Assembly (NCBI RefSeq): GCF_000737315.1 | Contig: NZ_JMCB01000022.1 | Coordinates: 62,001 to 126,000 of the forward strand | Origin: Hyalangium minutum | GTDB lineage: Bacteria; Myxococcota; Myxococcia; Myxococcales; Myxococcaceae | Direction of reading: 5' to 3' | Length of the DNA stretch: 64,000 bases | Part shown: positions 53,335-64,000 of the stretch, in pieces | Position numbering within the stretch: the first letter of the stretch is position 1 | Layout: every line of letters starts with the position of its first letter | The notes under the pieces: generated by a model | What the model was told of the DNA's origin: nothing | Databases searched by the model: none | The model's input: the letters and a program-made list of their open reading frames with translations, nothing else | Translations under genes and position numbers: made by a program

Positions 53335-53353
<19 letters not shown>
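51881..53353 (+). CDS. HAMP sensor histidine kinase
   Basis: Two TMs, HAMP, VAHELGTP, GTGLGL. Confidence 0.93.
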
Positions 53354-54705
<1,352 letters not shown>

Positions 54706-54883
54706 GCCGGGAAGTCCGCGGGGGTGGCCTGGGCCACGAAGTTGCGGATGCCCTCGGGGTCTTACGTGCACCCCTCCCTGCGTGCCATGGTCGGGCCCCC
54801 GCCTCACCGCCCCCTCCCCTCCTTGATCGTGCCAGACTTTCCCAAGCCTAGGGTTTCAGTGCACGCCCCATAGGGTCGATCCC

Positions 54884-56239
54884 ATGCAAGACAAACCACC
54901 GCACCCGGAGGACCCGGCACGACAGACCTTGCCGCACGCCCAGCTGGGGGGGCAGGAACCGGGCCGCTTCCGCCGCTTCCGCCTCACGGTGGTGGAGGGC
55001 ACCATGGTGGGCGCCACCTGGGAGTCCTCGGCGGATCGGGGCTCGGTGGGCTCGCATCCCCGGAATGACTTCGTGCTGGATGAGCCCACCATCTCGCGCT
55101 TTCACTGCGAGCTGCAGGCGGGGCCCGAGGGCGTCACCGTCCGGGATATGAGCAGCCTCAACGGCGTCATCGTGGATGGGGTGAGGGTGAAGGAGGCGAT
55201 TCTGCGAGGAGGAAGCCTGCTGCACCTGGGCGCTCTCGTGGTGCGCTTCGACTTCAGCCCCGAGAGCAACCAGCTGCGCATCTCGGAGCAGACGCGCTTT
55301 GGCACGCTGGTGGGCACCTCGGTGGCCATGCGCGCGGCCTTCTATCTGCTGGAGAAGGCTGCGGCGAGCGACGCCACCGTGCTGCTGGAGGGCGAGACAG
55401 GCACGGGCAAGAGCCAGGCCGCGCAGGCGCTGCACGAGGCCAGCCCGCGCAAGGACAGACCCTTCCTCGTGGTGGACTGCACGGCCCTGCCGTCGCAGCT
55501 GTTGGAGAGCGAGCTGTTTGGTCACGAGCGGGGCGCCTTCACGGGCGCGGTGAGCCGCCGCGTGGGGGCCTTCGAGGAGGCAGCCGGCGGCACCATCTTC
55601 CTGGACGAGGTGGGAGAGCTGCCCGCGGAGCTTCAGCCCAAGCTGCTTCATGTGCTGCAGGACCGGCAGGTGCGGCGGGTGGGCTCCAACGTCTGGCAGA
55701 AGGTGAACGTCCGCATCATCGCGGCCACCCACCGCAACCTGCGCTGGCTGGTGAACACCGGCGGCTTCCGGGCGGATCTCTTCTATCGCCTCGCGGTGGT
55801 GCGCATCGTCATGCCGGGGCTGCGGCAGCGGCTGGAGGATCTCCGGGAGGTGGCGCTCGCGGTGCTGGCCTCGCTGGGGGCCTCGGAGGAGCAGCGGCAC
55901 GCGCTGCTCAGCCCCGAGGTGCTCACGCGGCTGCAGCAGTGGGCCTGGCCGGGCAACGTGCGGGAGCTGCGCAACTACCTGGAGCGCTGCATGGTGTTCG
56001 AGGAGGCGCCCTCCCCGTCCGGGGACACGAACTGGAGCCCCTCGGCCACGGGCTTCCCGGTGGACCTGAGCGTCCCGTTCACCGAGGCGCGGCGGCAGGC
56101 CCTGATGGACTTCGAGCACCGCTACCTCTCGCTGCTGATGGAGACGCATCAAGGCCACCAGACCCAGGCCGCCACCGCCGCGCGCATGGATCGGGTGTAC
56201 CTGTACCGGTTGCTGCGGCGTCACGGCATCAAGCGCTGA
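54884..56239 (+). CDS. FHA-domain sigma54 enhancer-binding protein
   Basis: FHA-like (GSHPRND..ISRFH), [22 protein letters not shown]. Confidence 0.93.
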   Translation: MQDKPPHPEDPARQTLPHAQLGGQEPGRFRRFRLTVVEGTMVGATWESSADRGSVGSHPRNDFVLDEPTISRFHCELQAGPEGVTVRDMSSLNGVIVDGVRVKEAILRGGSLLHLGALVVRFDFSPESNQLRISEQTRFGTLVGTSVAMRAAFYLLEKAAASDATVLLEGETGTGKSQAAQALHEASPRKDRPFLVVDCTALPSQLLESELFGHERGAFTGAVSRRVGAFEEAAGGTIFLDEVGELPAELQPKLLHVLQDRQVRRVGSNVWQKVNVRIIAATHRNLRWLVNTGGFRADLFYRLAVVRIVMPGLRQRLEDLREVALAVLASLGASEEQRHALLSPEVLTRLQQWAWPGNVRELRNYLERCMVFEEAPSPSGDTNWSPSATGFPVDLSVPFTEARRQALMDFEHRYLSLLMETHQGHQTQAATAARMDRVYLYRLLRRHGIKR

Positions 56240-57529
56240 TCAGGATCCGTCCGGGCCGTGCTCGCACCCTTCCCGTGCGGCCTCGGTGGCATGCACGCCG
56301 GGGCCGGAAAGGGCCCAGCGAGCCGGGGAGAGCAGCTCCGGACCTGATGCCTGGGAGACATGCAGGGTCAGCGTCACCTGGAGAGCCTCTCCCTGGCGCG
56401 CCGCCTCCAGGCCCTGCCCCAGCTTCCGCGCCAGCGCGAGCAGGCGGGTCCGCTCCAGGCGCTCTGGGTGAGGGAGCGCGGGCAACGGAGCCGTGGCGAG
56501 GATCATCCCCGCGCCCTGCGTCTTCACGCTGAACCCTCCCGCCTCCAGGGAGCGCAAGGCCTGCTCCCACAGCACATCCAGCCGCTCCAGCGCCTCGAAG
56601 CTGGCGCCAGGGGCGGCGACAAGCTCGAGGTAGAGCGCTGCGGCGCGCGAGGAAGCCACGGAGTGCGCGGCGGGCTGGAGCGCCTCGCGCAGCGCCTCCA
56701 GCACCTGGCCCGCGCTCTTGAAGCGTGCCTCGGGCAGCTTCTCCAGACAGCGCCGCACCACCGCCTCGACAGCAGGAGGCACCGGAGCCAAGGGGGCCAG
56801 GGGTGGGACAGGCGCCGAGAGGTGTTGATCCATCAGCTCGGCCACGTCGCCGGAGCGGAAGGGGGGCTGCCCGCAGAGCAGCTGGTACAGCAGCACGCCC
56901 AGGGCATACAGGTCCGTGCGGGCATCCACCGTGCCGCCGCGGATCTGCTCGGGGGCCAGCGCCAGCGGGGTGCCCAACACCCGGCCGGTGCTGGTGTCGG
57001 GCGAGCCCACGAGAGGCTCCAGGGAGCGGGCGATGCCAAAATCCACCAGGACCACCTGAGGGGGCCCCGAGCCCCGGCGCACCAGCACGTTGCGCGCATT
57101 GAGATCGCGGTGAACGAGCCCCGCGGCATGCACGGCCTCCAGCGCGCCGCAGAGCTGCTCGAGGAGCGGGAGTACCTCGGCGGCCTCCAGCCGGCCCCGA
57201 GCCTCCAGCCACTGGGCCAACGTGCTGCCCTCCACCCACGCCATGGCCAGCCAGGGGCGGCCATCCTCCAGCTCTCCCGAGCCATACAGCTCGACCACGT
57301 GCGGGTGGCGGACGCGCGCCAGGAGCGCCGCCTCCTGGTGGAAGCGGCGCAGCGCCGAGGCGGAGAAGCCATACTCGGCGCGCAGCACCTTGAGGGCCGC
57401 GGACTGGCCGCTGGTCGTGTGCCGCGCACGGTAGAGGATGCTCGAGCCCCCTTGCGCGGCGCGGCTCTCGATCTTCCACCGCTCCACCCAGGCCCCGGCG
57501 GCCAGCTCGGCGCCATACAGAGACGTCAT
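56240..57529 (-). CDS. Hanks-type protein kinase with atypical HRDLNARN loop and degenerate cyclase-like C-terminus
   Basis: ALKVL, HRDLNARN, DFG, GTP..APE. Confidence 0.88.
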   Translation of the reverse strand: MTSLYGAELAAGAWVERWKIESRAAQGGSSILYRARHTTSGQSAALKVLRAEYGFSASALRRFHQEAALLARVRHPHVVELYGSGELEDGRPWLAMAWVEGSTLAQWLEARGRLEAAEVLPLLEQLCGALEAVHAAGLVHRDLNARNVLVRRGSGPPQVVLVDFGIARSLEPLVGSPDTSTGRVLGTPLALAPEQIRGGTVDARTDLYALGVLLYQLLCGQPPFRSGDVAELMDQHLSAPVPPLAPLAPVPPAVEAVVRRCLEKLPEARFKSAGQVLEALREALQPAAHSVASSRAAALYLELVAAPGASFEALERLDVLWEQALRSLEAGGFSVKTQGAGMILATAPLPALPHPERLERTRLLALARKLGQGLEAARQGEALQVTLTLHVSQASGPELLSPARWALSGPGVHATEAAREGCEHGPDGS

Positions 57530-57565
57530 CCGCGAAGCCCCTCGCTCAAGCCGCGCCGCGCACTC

Positions 57566-58993
57566 TCAGGGAGGAGAGGGCATGAAGGTGGTGATGGGGT
57601 AATCCCATGTCTTCGACGGGTTGCCGCTCTCACACGGGGCATAGCTCCCATCATCATTCTCTTTGCAAACCTTCCTACACGAACCCTCGAGGTGAGCAGC
57701 ACAGTTGCCCTTTCCCTGGGGCAGCGCACAAACCCGGCCCGGCAGGTTCTCTCCATCTCCGCTCCAACCCGGAGCAGCGCAGACATAGGCGCGAAGGTAG
57801 ATGGGTTGCCCGCCTCCCACCACCGGCATGGCTGGGAGACAGGTGGCACCGGCTTTTTGGCACCACCCCTCATCTTGCCGGACATACACCGGCCCTTCCC
57901 TGCTCAAGCGCAGCCGTGTCTCCAGGGAGCCAGTGTCAAACCACACGCTGACCCCAGGCCGGATGGCCTCCGGATCAAACAGGTTCCCGTAGAAAGCACC
58001 TTCGCGCGCAGGGAAGGTCTCTGCTTCGCCTGGGAGCGCGCTGCTCGCCCCCTCGGTATGCACCGACTCCCAGGTCCCTGTGACCTGCTTCGGTTGCTCC
58101 TCCGGCGGCAGTCTGCTCATCACGCTGAAGCTGCCCCCGTCGGGACAGTCGAAAGCCACCTCCGCCTTGTCGCTGGTGTCAACGGGGCTCTCGACGATCA
58201 GCGCCTTGTCTCCTTTGGCGCACCCATGGAGCCCCTCGCATACCCGAAGCGAACCCTTGAGCTCTTGGCTGGTCATGGCGAAGAAATCCACCTCCTGCTG
58301 CGGCTCGCAAGTGCCAACCACCAAAGGAGACCAACCACACTCCCCACTGGAGTTCTCAGGGCATGGCAGGAAGCTGGGAATCAGCTGCGCGGGCAGGGGC
58401 ACGGCGTTGATCACCTGCGAGGGAATGGAGTTGTCCGGCACCACGGTCTCCATGGGCCTTAGCGAGTCGGCGCACCCCTCCACCGTGCAGCGCAGGGCCA
58501 CGCGCACCCGGAGGGCCATCGGGTTATTGCGCGCGAGGATGCAGGCCGACACCTGCTCGAGACACTCCTGCGTCGGAGCCTCCTTGCCCCAGTCGTTGCA
58601 GATCCCCCCGCCGCCCTTCCAGGTCTGCTGCGTCCCCGGCGTGTAGACGGGGCTCCAGGACACCTCCTCCCCGTTTTCGAGCGCGCAGCTGACCAGGTAC
58701 TTCATGAACTGCCGCGCGGCCGGATCATGCAGGGCCTCGTTGAGCTCGGGGACATTCTGGAAGGTGTCATCGTTCAGCGGGTTGTTGATCAACTGTGAGA
58801 CGGCGTCCTTGTTCGTCAGCATTGCGTTGAAGACCAAGTACTCTGTCCTCAGCCCATTGCCCCAGCGGATCCACAGCGGCTCCATGGGATAGACAGGCTT
58901 GCTTTCCTGCGCCTGGGCGCTGCCCAGCGAAGCCATCAGCAACCCCACGGCACCCGCCCGCTTGACTGCTTGAACCCATTGCTTCCATTCCAT
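57566..58993 (-). CDS. Cys-rich secreted hypothetical protein
   Basis: Signal peptide (..LGSAQA-QE) from ATG 58993; YLVSCAL..G..W..CLEQVSACILARNN segment. Confidence 0.75.
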   Translation of the reverse strand: MEWKQWVQAVKRAGAVGLLMASLGSAQAQESKPVYPMEPLWIRWGNGLRTEYLVFNAMLTNKDAVSQLINNPLNDDTFQNVPELNEALHDPAARQFMKYLVSCALENGEEVSWSPVYTPGTQQTWKGGGGICNDWGKEAPTQECLEQVSACILARNNPMALRVRVALRCTVEGCADSLRPMETVVPDNSIPSQVINAVPLPAQLIPSFLPCPENSSGECGWSPLVVGTCEPQQEVDFFAMTSQELKGSLRVCEGLHGCAKGDKALIVESPVDTSDKAEVAFDCPDGGSFSVMSRLPPEEQPKQVTGTWESVHTEGASSALPGEAETFPAREGAFYGNLFDPEAIRPGVSVWFDTGSLETRLRLSREGPVYVRQDEGWCQKAGATCLPAMPVVGGGQPIYLRAYVCAAPGWSGDGENLPGRVCALPQGKGNCAAHLEGSCRKVCKENDDGSYAPCESGNPSKTWDYPITTFMPSPP

Positions 58994-59063
58994 ACGGCAG
59001 CTCCTCGTTGAGAGTCCGGCGGGACCCTCAGCAAGAGCAATGCCAGACAACCGATACACGGGC

Positions 59064-62000
59064 TCACGTGCGCAGGGCGCGGGCCTTCATCGCCTCCAGC
59101 CTTACCTGGAGTGCGGGTGTTGCGGTGACAAGCTCACTGGCCTCGGCCAGCAACCGCTGGAGCGCTTCCCGGGCACCCGCGCGGAGCGCACAGCCACAGG
59201 CCTCCAGCAACACATCCACCAGCTCGAAGGGGGCACACCGCTGGCGAGCCTGGGCCAGCAGCGCCTCCCACTCCCCGTGGGCATATGCAGCGCCCTCGCC
59301 CTGCGCGAGCACCTGCCGCACCAGCGCCAGCAGCAGGGCGGGGGTGGACTCCGCAGGGGGCGCGGCGTGAGTCTCCACCCAGCGAACGTGCCGCAGCGCC
59401 TCCTGTGTCTCCGCGCGCTCCAGGCACAGCCTCGCCAGCAACAGCCGGTCTGGCCCCAGCGAGGACTCGGGGAAGTAGCGTTGCCCGAGCTCCAGGGCTC
59501 GCTGGGCCGCGGCCTCGGCCTCCTGGACGCGCCCCACCATGAGCAGGAGCACGGCGAGGTTGAAGCCGCTGAAGCGCTCCACCTGTGCATGCGCCAACCG
59601 GTGGGCCAGCGCCTGGGCCTGCTGGAGATCCTCCACGGCCCGGGAGAGATCCAACCGGGAGAGCCAGAGCGCGAAGCGGTTCATGTGGACGACGGCCAGG
59701 TGCAGCATGTCTCCACGGGCCTGGCAGTGCTCCAGCGCCCGGAGAAAGAGGGCCTCTGCCTCCTCCAAGCGCCCCAGGTAGGCCAGCCCCACGGGCCACA
59801 TGGTGAGCGCCACGGTGAGGACCTCGGTGTCCCCCGAGCGCTCGGCTTCGCGCGCGGCCTGCTCGAGCAGGAGCAGCGCGGGCTCCCAGCTCCCACGACG
59901 CGCCTCGGTGCGGCCTCGTGCCAGAGCGAGCCTCGGCGCCAGCGGCGGCCGCTCTTCCCATCCCCGCCCCGCCTCGGCGGCGCGCTCCACCAGCGCCTGT
60001 GCCCCCTCCCAGTCCTCCAGCCAGTCCAGCGCGGTGGCCTGCTCCAGCAGCAGCAGGGCCGCCTCGGCGTGGGCGCCCAGCTCCAGGGCCAGGGCGGCAG
60101 CGCGGGCGACGTCCTGGCAAGCCTCGCGGTAGCGGTGAGAGCGCAGACGCACCCGGCCCCGGGTGGCCAGGGCGCGCAGGCGCAGCGGCCCGTCTCCCGA
60201 AGCCACCCACTCCAGGGCTGCGGTGCAGGCCAGCTCCGCCTCCACGTCCCGGAAGGCGCGCCAGGCCTTCTCGGCGAGCAGCACCCAGCACTCGCACGCC
60301 AGCGCCCCCTCTCCCACGGCGGCCGCATGGCGGGCCCGCTGGCGCAAGAGCGCATTCGCCGTCTCCCCTTCCCTCGTGGTGGCCAGCGCGGCGCGGTGGA
60401 GCCGCTCCCGCAGCTGGGGTGGAGTGGCCGCCTCCAGCGCCTCACGCAGCAGCGGCTGGAGGAAGGCCGCACGGCCCGAGGCCTCCACGTGTAGCAACCC
60501 CGCGCGCTCCAGCCGCCGCAGCCCCGCGCCCGCATCCAGCGCGGCCAGCGCCTCCAGCTCCGGCTCCTGCTCCAGCGCGGCGAGCGCCAGGGCCAGCCGC
60601 TCCACGGAGAGCGCCTCGCCCAGCACCGCCCCCAGGCGTGCCAGGGTTTGGAGCGGCGAGGGCAACGCGGCCAGCGCCTGGGCTGCCAGCGGAGCCAGCA
60701 CCCTCCCCGCCGAGCCCAGCGGCACGGCCTCCAGGGCCAGCTCCCACGCCCCGCCAGGAGTGCGGCGCACGGCCCCCGTGGCCTGAAGCGCCCGCACCAG
60801 CTCCTCCAGGTGGCGCGGCACATCTCCGGCGAGGGCCGCGAGCTGCTCCAGCAGGGCCTGAGGCACGTACTCCACGGGCCACAGCAGGGCCCGCAGCAGT
60901 TGCTGAGAGTCCTCGGCCGTCAACGGCGGCAGCTCCCAGACTCCCTCAGGGCCCGCGCGCTCGGCCAAGGCGGGCCGCAGGGCCAGCAACCCGGGAGCGG
61001 ATGCCAGACAGATCCACAGGGGCACGACCTCCTCGGCGCTCGTGGCCTGCACCACCGCGTCCAGCGTGGCGGTGTCCATGTGCCCCGCATCATCCAGCAG
61101 CAGGGCCACAGGCCCCTGAGCCGCGCGCTGGCGGAGGGCCCTCGCCGCGAGCCGGGCCAGCGTCTGGCGCCGCGCATCCGGCGGGAGAGAGAGCGCGCGC
61201 GACAGCTCCTCCTCGGCAACAGGCTCGGGAGCCAGAGCCAGCAGGGCGCGGGGCAAGGTCTCCAGCGTCTCCGAGTCCGCGGGCCGGGCTCCCAGCCGCA
61301 CCACCTGCACCGGGGGACGAGAGACCAACCGCTGCGCGAGCGCCTCCAGCAAGCGCGAGCGCCCCAGCCCAGGGCCACTCTCGAGCACCACCAGTGCAGG
61401 CTGGCGGCGCCCGAGCGACGCCTGGGCCCGAGCCTCCAGCGCGGCGAGCAGGGGCTCCCGGCCCACGAGTGGGGCCGGGGGAGCTTCGCCCGCCCCTCCG
61501 CGAGCCCCGTCCACCTCTCGCAACCTGTGGAAGCCCGCCTCTCCGTCCAGCCACTCGCCCGGCTCCATCCAGGGGGCAGCCTCGGCCGAGATCCAGGGGT
61601 GCTCTCCAGGAGGAAGCCGCGCCCACCAGAGAGGGGCCTGCTCCAAGGCGGCGCCGGACAAGCGGGTGCCCGCGCGGCCCATGTGAACCTGCAGCTCGGC
61701 AAGATGAATGAGCCTGGGCCCACGCCCCCAACGCAGCGCGGCGTGGGCCGCAGCCTTGAGCCCAGCGGCGGGAGAGAGCGCCTCGGGGAAGGCCGCCACA
61801 TACAGCTCGCGATGGACCCGCGCCAGCACACCTCCCTCGGCGGCCAGCGCGGCGCTCACCTCGGGCAAAGGGGCCCCGGCCTGCACGGCGAGCAGCGCCA
61901 CAAGGCGCTCGCGCGGCCTCGACACCGGAGCGCTGCTCCCGGGGGCTGGCTCCGGAACGGCGCTCAGCCCCGGTACGGCAAGGCGGCGCAGCGCCTCCAG

Positions 62001-62879
62001 CGCCTCGGCAGCGTGGAGGTAGCGGTGAGCGGGCTCCTTGGCCAGACACCGGGCCACGAACGGCTCCCACGCCGCGGCCTCGGGACGGAGCGAGCCCAGC
62101 CGAGGCGCACGCAGGGAGGCGTGGCCGCGCAGCACCTCCGCCACGTCGCCGATGAAGGGCGGTCTCCCCGTGAGCAGCTCGAAGAAGACCACCCCCAGGG
62201 CATACACATCCGCGGAGGGCTCGGCGGGGACAGGGCCGGCGGACAGCTCCGGGGCCATGTACAGCAGCGTCCCAGGCCGCTCCTCCGGGAGCGTCTCCGG
62301 CTCGGACGAGGACGGCTCCGCGGCAGTGCCAACCTCCCGGGTCAGCCCGAGATCCACCAGCGCGACAGACCCCTGCTCGCGGAGAAAGAGGTTCTCGGGC
62401 TTGAGATCCCGGTGCACGAGCCCGGCCTCATGAAGGCGCGCCACGGCCTCGAGAATGAGGAGCATCCACCGCACAGCCTCCTCGGGGGGCAGCGCGGCCG
62501 GCTCGGGGTGCGTGGCCAGCAGCTCCGCGAGCGTTTGGCCCCGGAGCAGCTCGAGCACCAGGAACGGCCGGCCCTCATGCACCCCCTCTCCCAGCAGCAG
62601 AGGCACCGTGGGGGCGCCGAGCCGGCGCAGGGCCTGAGCCTCCCGGGCGAAGCGCCGATCTCCACGAGCGCGGGCCAGCTTGAGGGCCACCTCCCTGCCT
62701 TCCCGATCCAGGGCCGCAACCACCTGGGAGAAGCCTCCGCGGCCCACCAGCTCCCGCCTCTCGTAGCCGGGGGGCAGCGGCAGGAGCGCCTCTGGGGCCT
62801 CCTCGATGACTGGCGGTGTGCCATGAGCGGGGCAGGGCAGACCTGGAGGCAGGCGGCGATGGCAAGACAGACAACGCAT
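59064..62879 (-). CDS. Ser/Thr kinase - degenerate cyclase - AAA ATPase - TPR multidomain protein
   Basis: GRGGFS, HRDLKPEN, DLG, GTLLYMAPE; VGRE..GPGLGRS Walker-like; helical repeats. Confidence 0.88.
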   Translation of the reverse strand: MRCLSCHRRLPPGLPCPAHGTPPVIEEAPEALLPLPPGYERRELVGRGGFSQVVAALDREGREVALKLARARGDRRFAREAQALRRLGAPTVPLLLGEGVHEGRPFLVLELLRGQTLAELLATHPEPAALPPEEAVRWMLLILEAVARLHEAGLVHRDLKPENLFLREQGSVALVDLGLTREVGTAAEPSSSEPETLPEERPGTLLYMAPELSAGPVPAEPSADVYALGVVFFELLTGRPPFIGDVAEVLRGHASLRAPRLGSLRPEAAAWEPFVARCLAKEPAHRYLHAAEALEALRRLAVPGLSAVPEPAPGSSAPVSRPRERLVALLAVQAGAPLPEVSAALAAEGGVLARVHRELYVAAFPEALSPAAGLKAAAHAALRWGRGPRLIHLAELQVHMGRAGTRLSGAALEQAPLWWARLPPGEHPWISAEAAPWMEPGEWLDGEAGFHRLREVDGARGGAGEAPPAPLVGREPLLAALEARAQASLGRRQPALVVLESGPGLGRSRLLEALAQRLVSRPPVQVVRLGARPADSETLETLPRALLALAPEPVAEEELSRALSLPPDARRQTLARLAARALRQRAAQGPVALLLDDAGHMDTATLDAVVQATSAEEVVPLWICLASAPGLLALRPALAERAGPEGVWELPPLTAEDSQQLLRALLWPVEYVPQALLEQLAALAGDVPRHLEELVRALQATGAVRRTPGGAWELALEAVPLGSAGRVLAPLAAQALAALPSPLQTLARLGAVLGEALSVERLALALAALEQEPELEALAALDAGAGLRRLERAGLLHVEASGRAAFLQPLLREALEAATPPQLRERLHRAALATTREGETANALLRQRARHAAAVGEGALACECWVLLAEKAWRAFRDVEAELACTAALEWVASGDGPLRLRALATRGRVRLRSHRYREACQDVARAAALALELGAHAEAALLLLEQATALDWLEDWEGAQALVERAAEAGRGWEERPPLAPRLALARGRTEARRGSWEPALLLLEQAAREAERSGDTEVLTVALTMWPVGLAYLGRLEEAEALFLRALEHCQARGDMLHLAVVHMNRFALWLSRLDLSRAVEDLQQAQALAHRLAHAQVERFSGFNLAVLLLMVGRVQEAEAAAQRALELGQRYFPESSLGPDRLLLARLCLERAETQEALRHVRWVETHAAPPAESTPALLLALVRQVLAQGEGAAYAHGEWEALLAQARQRCAPFELVDVLLEACGCALRAGAREALQRLLAEASELVTATPALQVRLEAMKARALRT

Positions 62880-62893
62880 GGGTAAATGACGAC

Positions 62894-62940
62894 TCTACAC
62901 CTCGGGTGTTGCTTGGTTGGCAACACTCGGGGGGTAGAGA
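62894..62940. terminator. 20-bp hairpin between the VWD gene and kinase start
   Basis: CTCTACACCTCGGGTGTTGC / GCAACACTCGGGGGGTAGAG, one mismatch and two G-T pairs. Confidence 0.5.
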
Positions 62941-63014
62941 TGTTGTCACTCAAGCAACGCCCCGAGCCCGCGGAACAGCTTCCCCCCGGCCATTCCGCGG
63001 GCCCAAGGCGGCCG

Positions 63015-64000
63015 TTACCGCACCTGCACCTCGACACCATCCAGGCCCCAGGACTCGCCCGTGAGCCCGGAGAGCCCCTTCGCGTAGAAGTTCAGGGACA
63101 GGTCACGCGCTGTGTGCTCGAAGGTGAACTTCATCTTGTAGAGCGAGTCTCCGCTGGGGTACCCCAGCGCGTTGACGGACTCCGCCCCGCTGCCGTGCCT
63201 GCTCCCGGGCTTGGGGTAGGACTGGGTGCTGTTGGTGTTGGAGAACGTGGACTCGAACACCTCCTTGCCATCCACCGTGAACCCCCAGAGGTTGGGGCCG
63301 TAGGGGCCATCGCCGTCCCACCCCTGGAGAATGAGCAGATCAAAGCTCACGGTGATCTGGGTGTGCTCGGGCAGCCTGCTCAGGTGGAGAGCGGCCTCCT
63401 GCTCTCCGTACTCGCCCAGGAAGATCTTCTCTCCCTTGGGGGTCATGCTCAGGCTGCCGGGGGACCACTCCTCCCCCACCGTCTCGTTGAAGTGAGCGAA
63501 GTAGATCGTCTGGGGCCCCACCACGGGAGGAGGCAGGTGGCCACCGCCGGACTGGGACTCCCGGTTCTGCGCCAGCACCGCGCCTTGCGCGAACGCATGA
63601 TCCCCCGTGACCGCCACATCCAGGATGCAGCTGTCGAGCAGGAAGAAGCTCTCGACGCCCGCCTCCCTGCAGACGGCCTCAGCCGCCTCCCGCTCCTCGG
63701 GCGACAGGCTCGCCGTCGTGACGGGCATCAACGGGAAGTCCTCCAAGGTGAACGAGCTCGTGGTCATGTTCAGCGCATAGTCAAACAAGGACTCCGCCGT
63801 GGTGACGCGCCAGCTGGACGCAAGGCTGTTGGTGCCCGTGTAGAGCTGGGCGAACGTCAGGAAGGAGCCCAGAGACGTGCCATTCCTCAACCGGAAGTCA
63901 TCCGACGCGTTCCCGTTGAAGTTGCCCAGCAATCCTTGCAGCGTCCCCATGCGCGCCAGGGAGAGGCTGAAGTCGACGTTCATGTAGGAGCCCGAGACGT
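63015..64000 (-). CDS. C-terminal part of a von Willebrand type D (VWD) domain protein (5' end outside window)
   Basis: LQGLLGNFNGNASDDF VWD motif, C..AG..SC.LDV segment, beta-rich C-terminal domain. Confidence 0.75.
   Translation of the reverse strand, partial: VSGSYMNVDFSLSLARMGTLQGLLGNFNGNASDDFRLRNGTSLGSFLTFAQLYTGTNSLASSWRVTTAESLFDYALNMTTSSFTLEDFPLMPVTTASLSPEEREAAEAVCREAGVESFFLLDSCILDVAVTGDHAFAQGAVLAQNRESQSGGGHLPPPVVGPQTIYFAHFNETVGEEWSPGSLSMTPKGEKIFLGEYGEQEAALHLSRLPEHTQITVSFDLLILQGWDGDGPYGPNLWGFTVDGKEVFESTFSNTNSTQSYPKPGSRHGSGAESVNALGYPSGDSLYKMKFTFEHTARDLSLNFYAKGLSGLTGESWGLDGVEVQVR

Overview
GC-rich myxobacterial chromosome segment (Cystobacterineae-like; inferred from gene content and codon style). 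Ordinary content: the atpG-atpD-atpC part of F1-ATPase, an NsrR-controlled NO-detoxification unit (truncated globin plus separate ferredoxin-reductase), a Che6/Wsp-like chemosensory operon, several two-component and sigma54 systems, Hanks kinases and secreted or lipoprotein genes. The main accessory element is a visibly AT-richer island at about 23.5-27.1 kb. It carries (i) an Rpn-family nuclease with a strong internal RBS+ATG, suggesting a gene-within-a-gene antitoxin, and (ii) a type VI-like retron: a structured 5' RNA whose stem buries the RBS of a 66-aa small protein, a ~27-bp msd-like hairpin downstream of that small gene, an XRE HTH gene and a retron RT (NAxxH, FVDD, VTG), closed by a perfect terminator. 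Also notable: a putative polymorphic toxin built on an 8-stranded outer-membrane barrel (barrel + PT-TG + PD-(D/E)xK-like tip) with a coupled immunity gene, an SMI1/KNR4 domain fused to a histone-H1-like tail, a kinase with a tyrosine-kinase-like HRDLNARN loop, and back-to-back sigma54 promoters. All family calls are from motif recognition by eye; no searches or folding programs were run.
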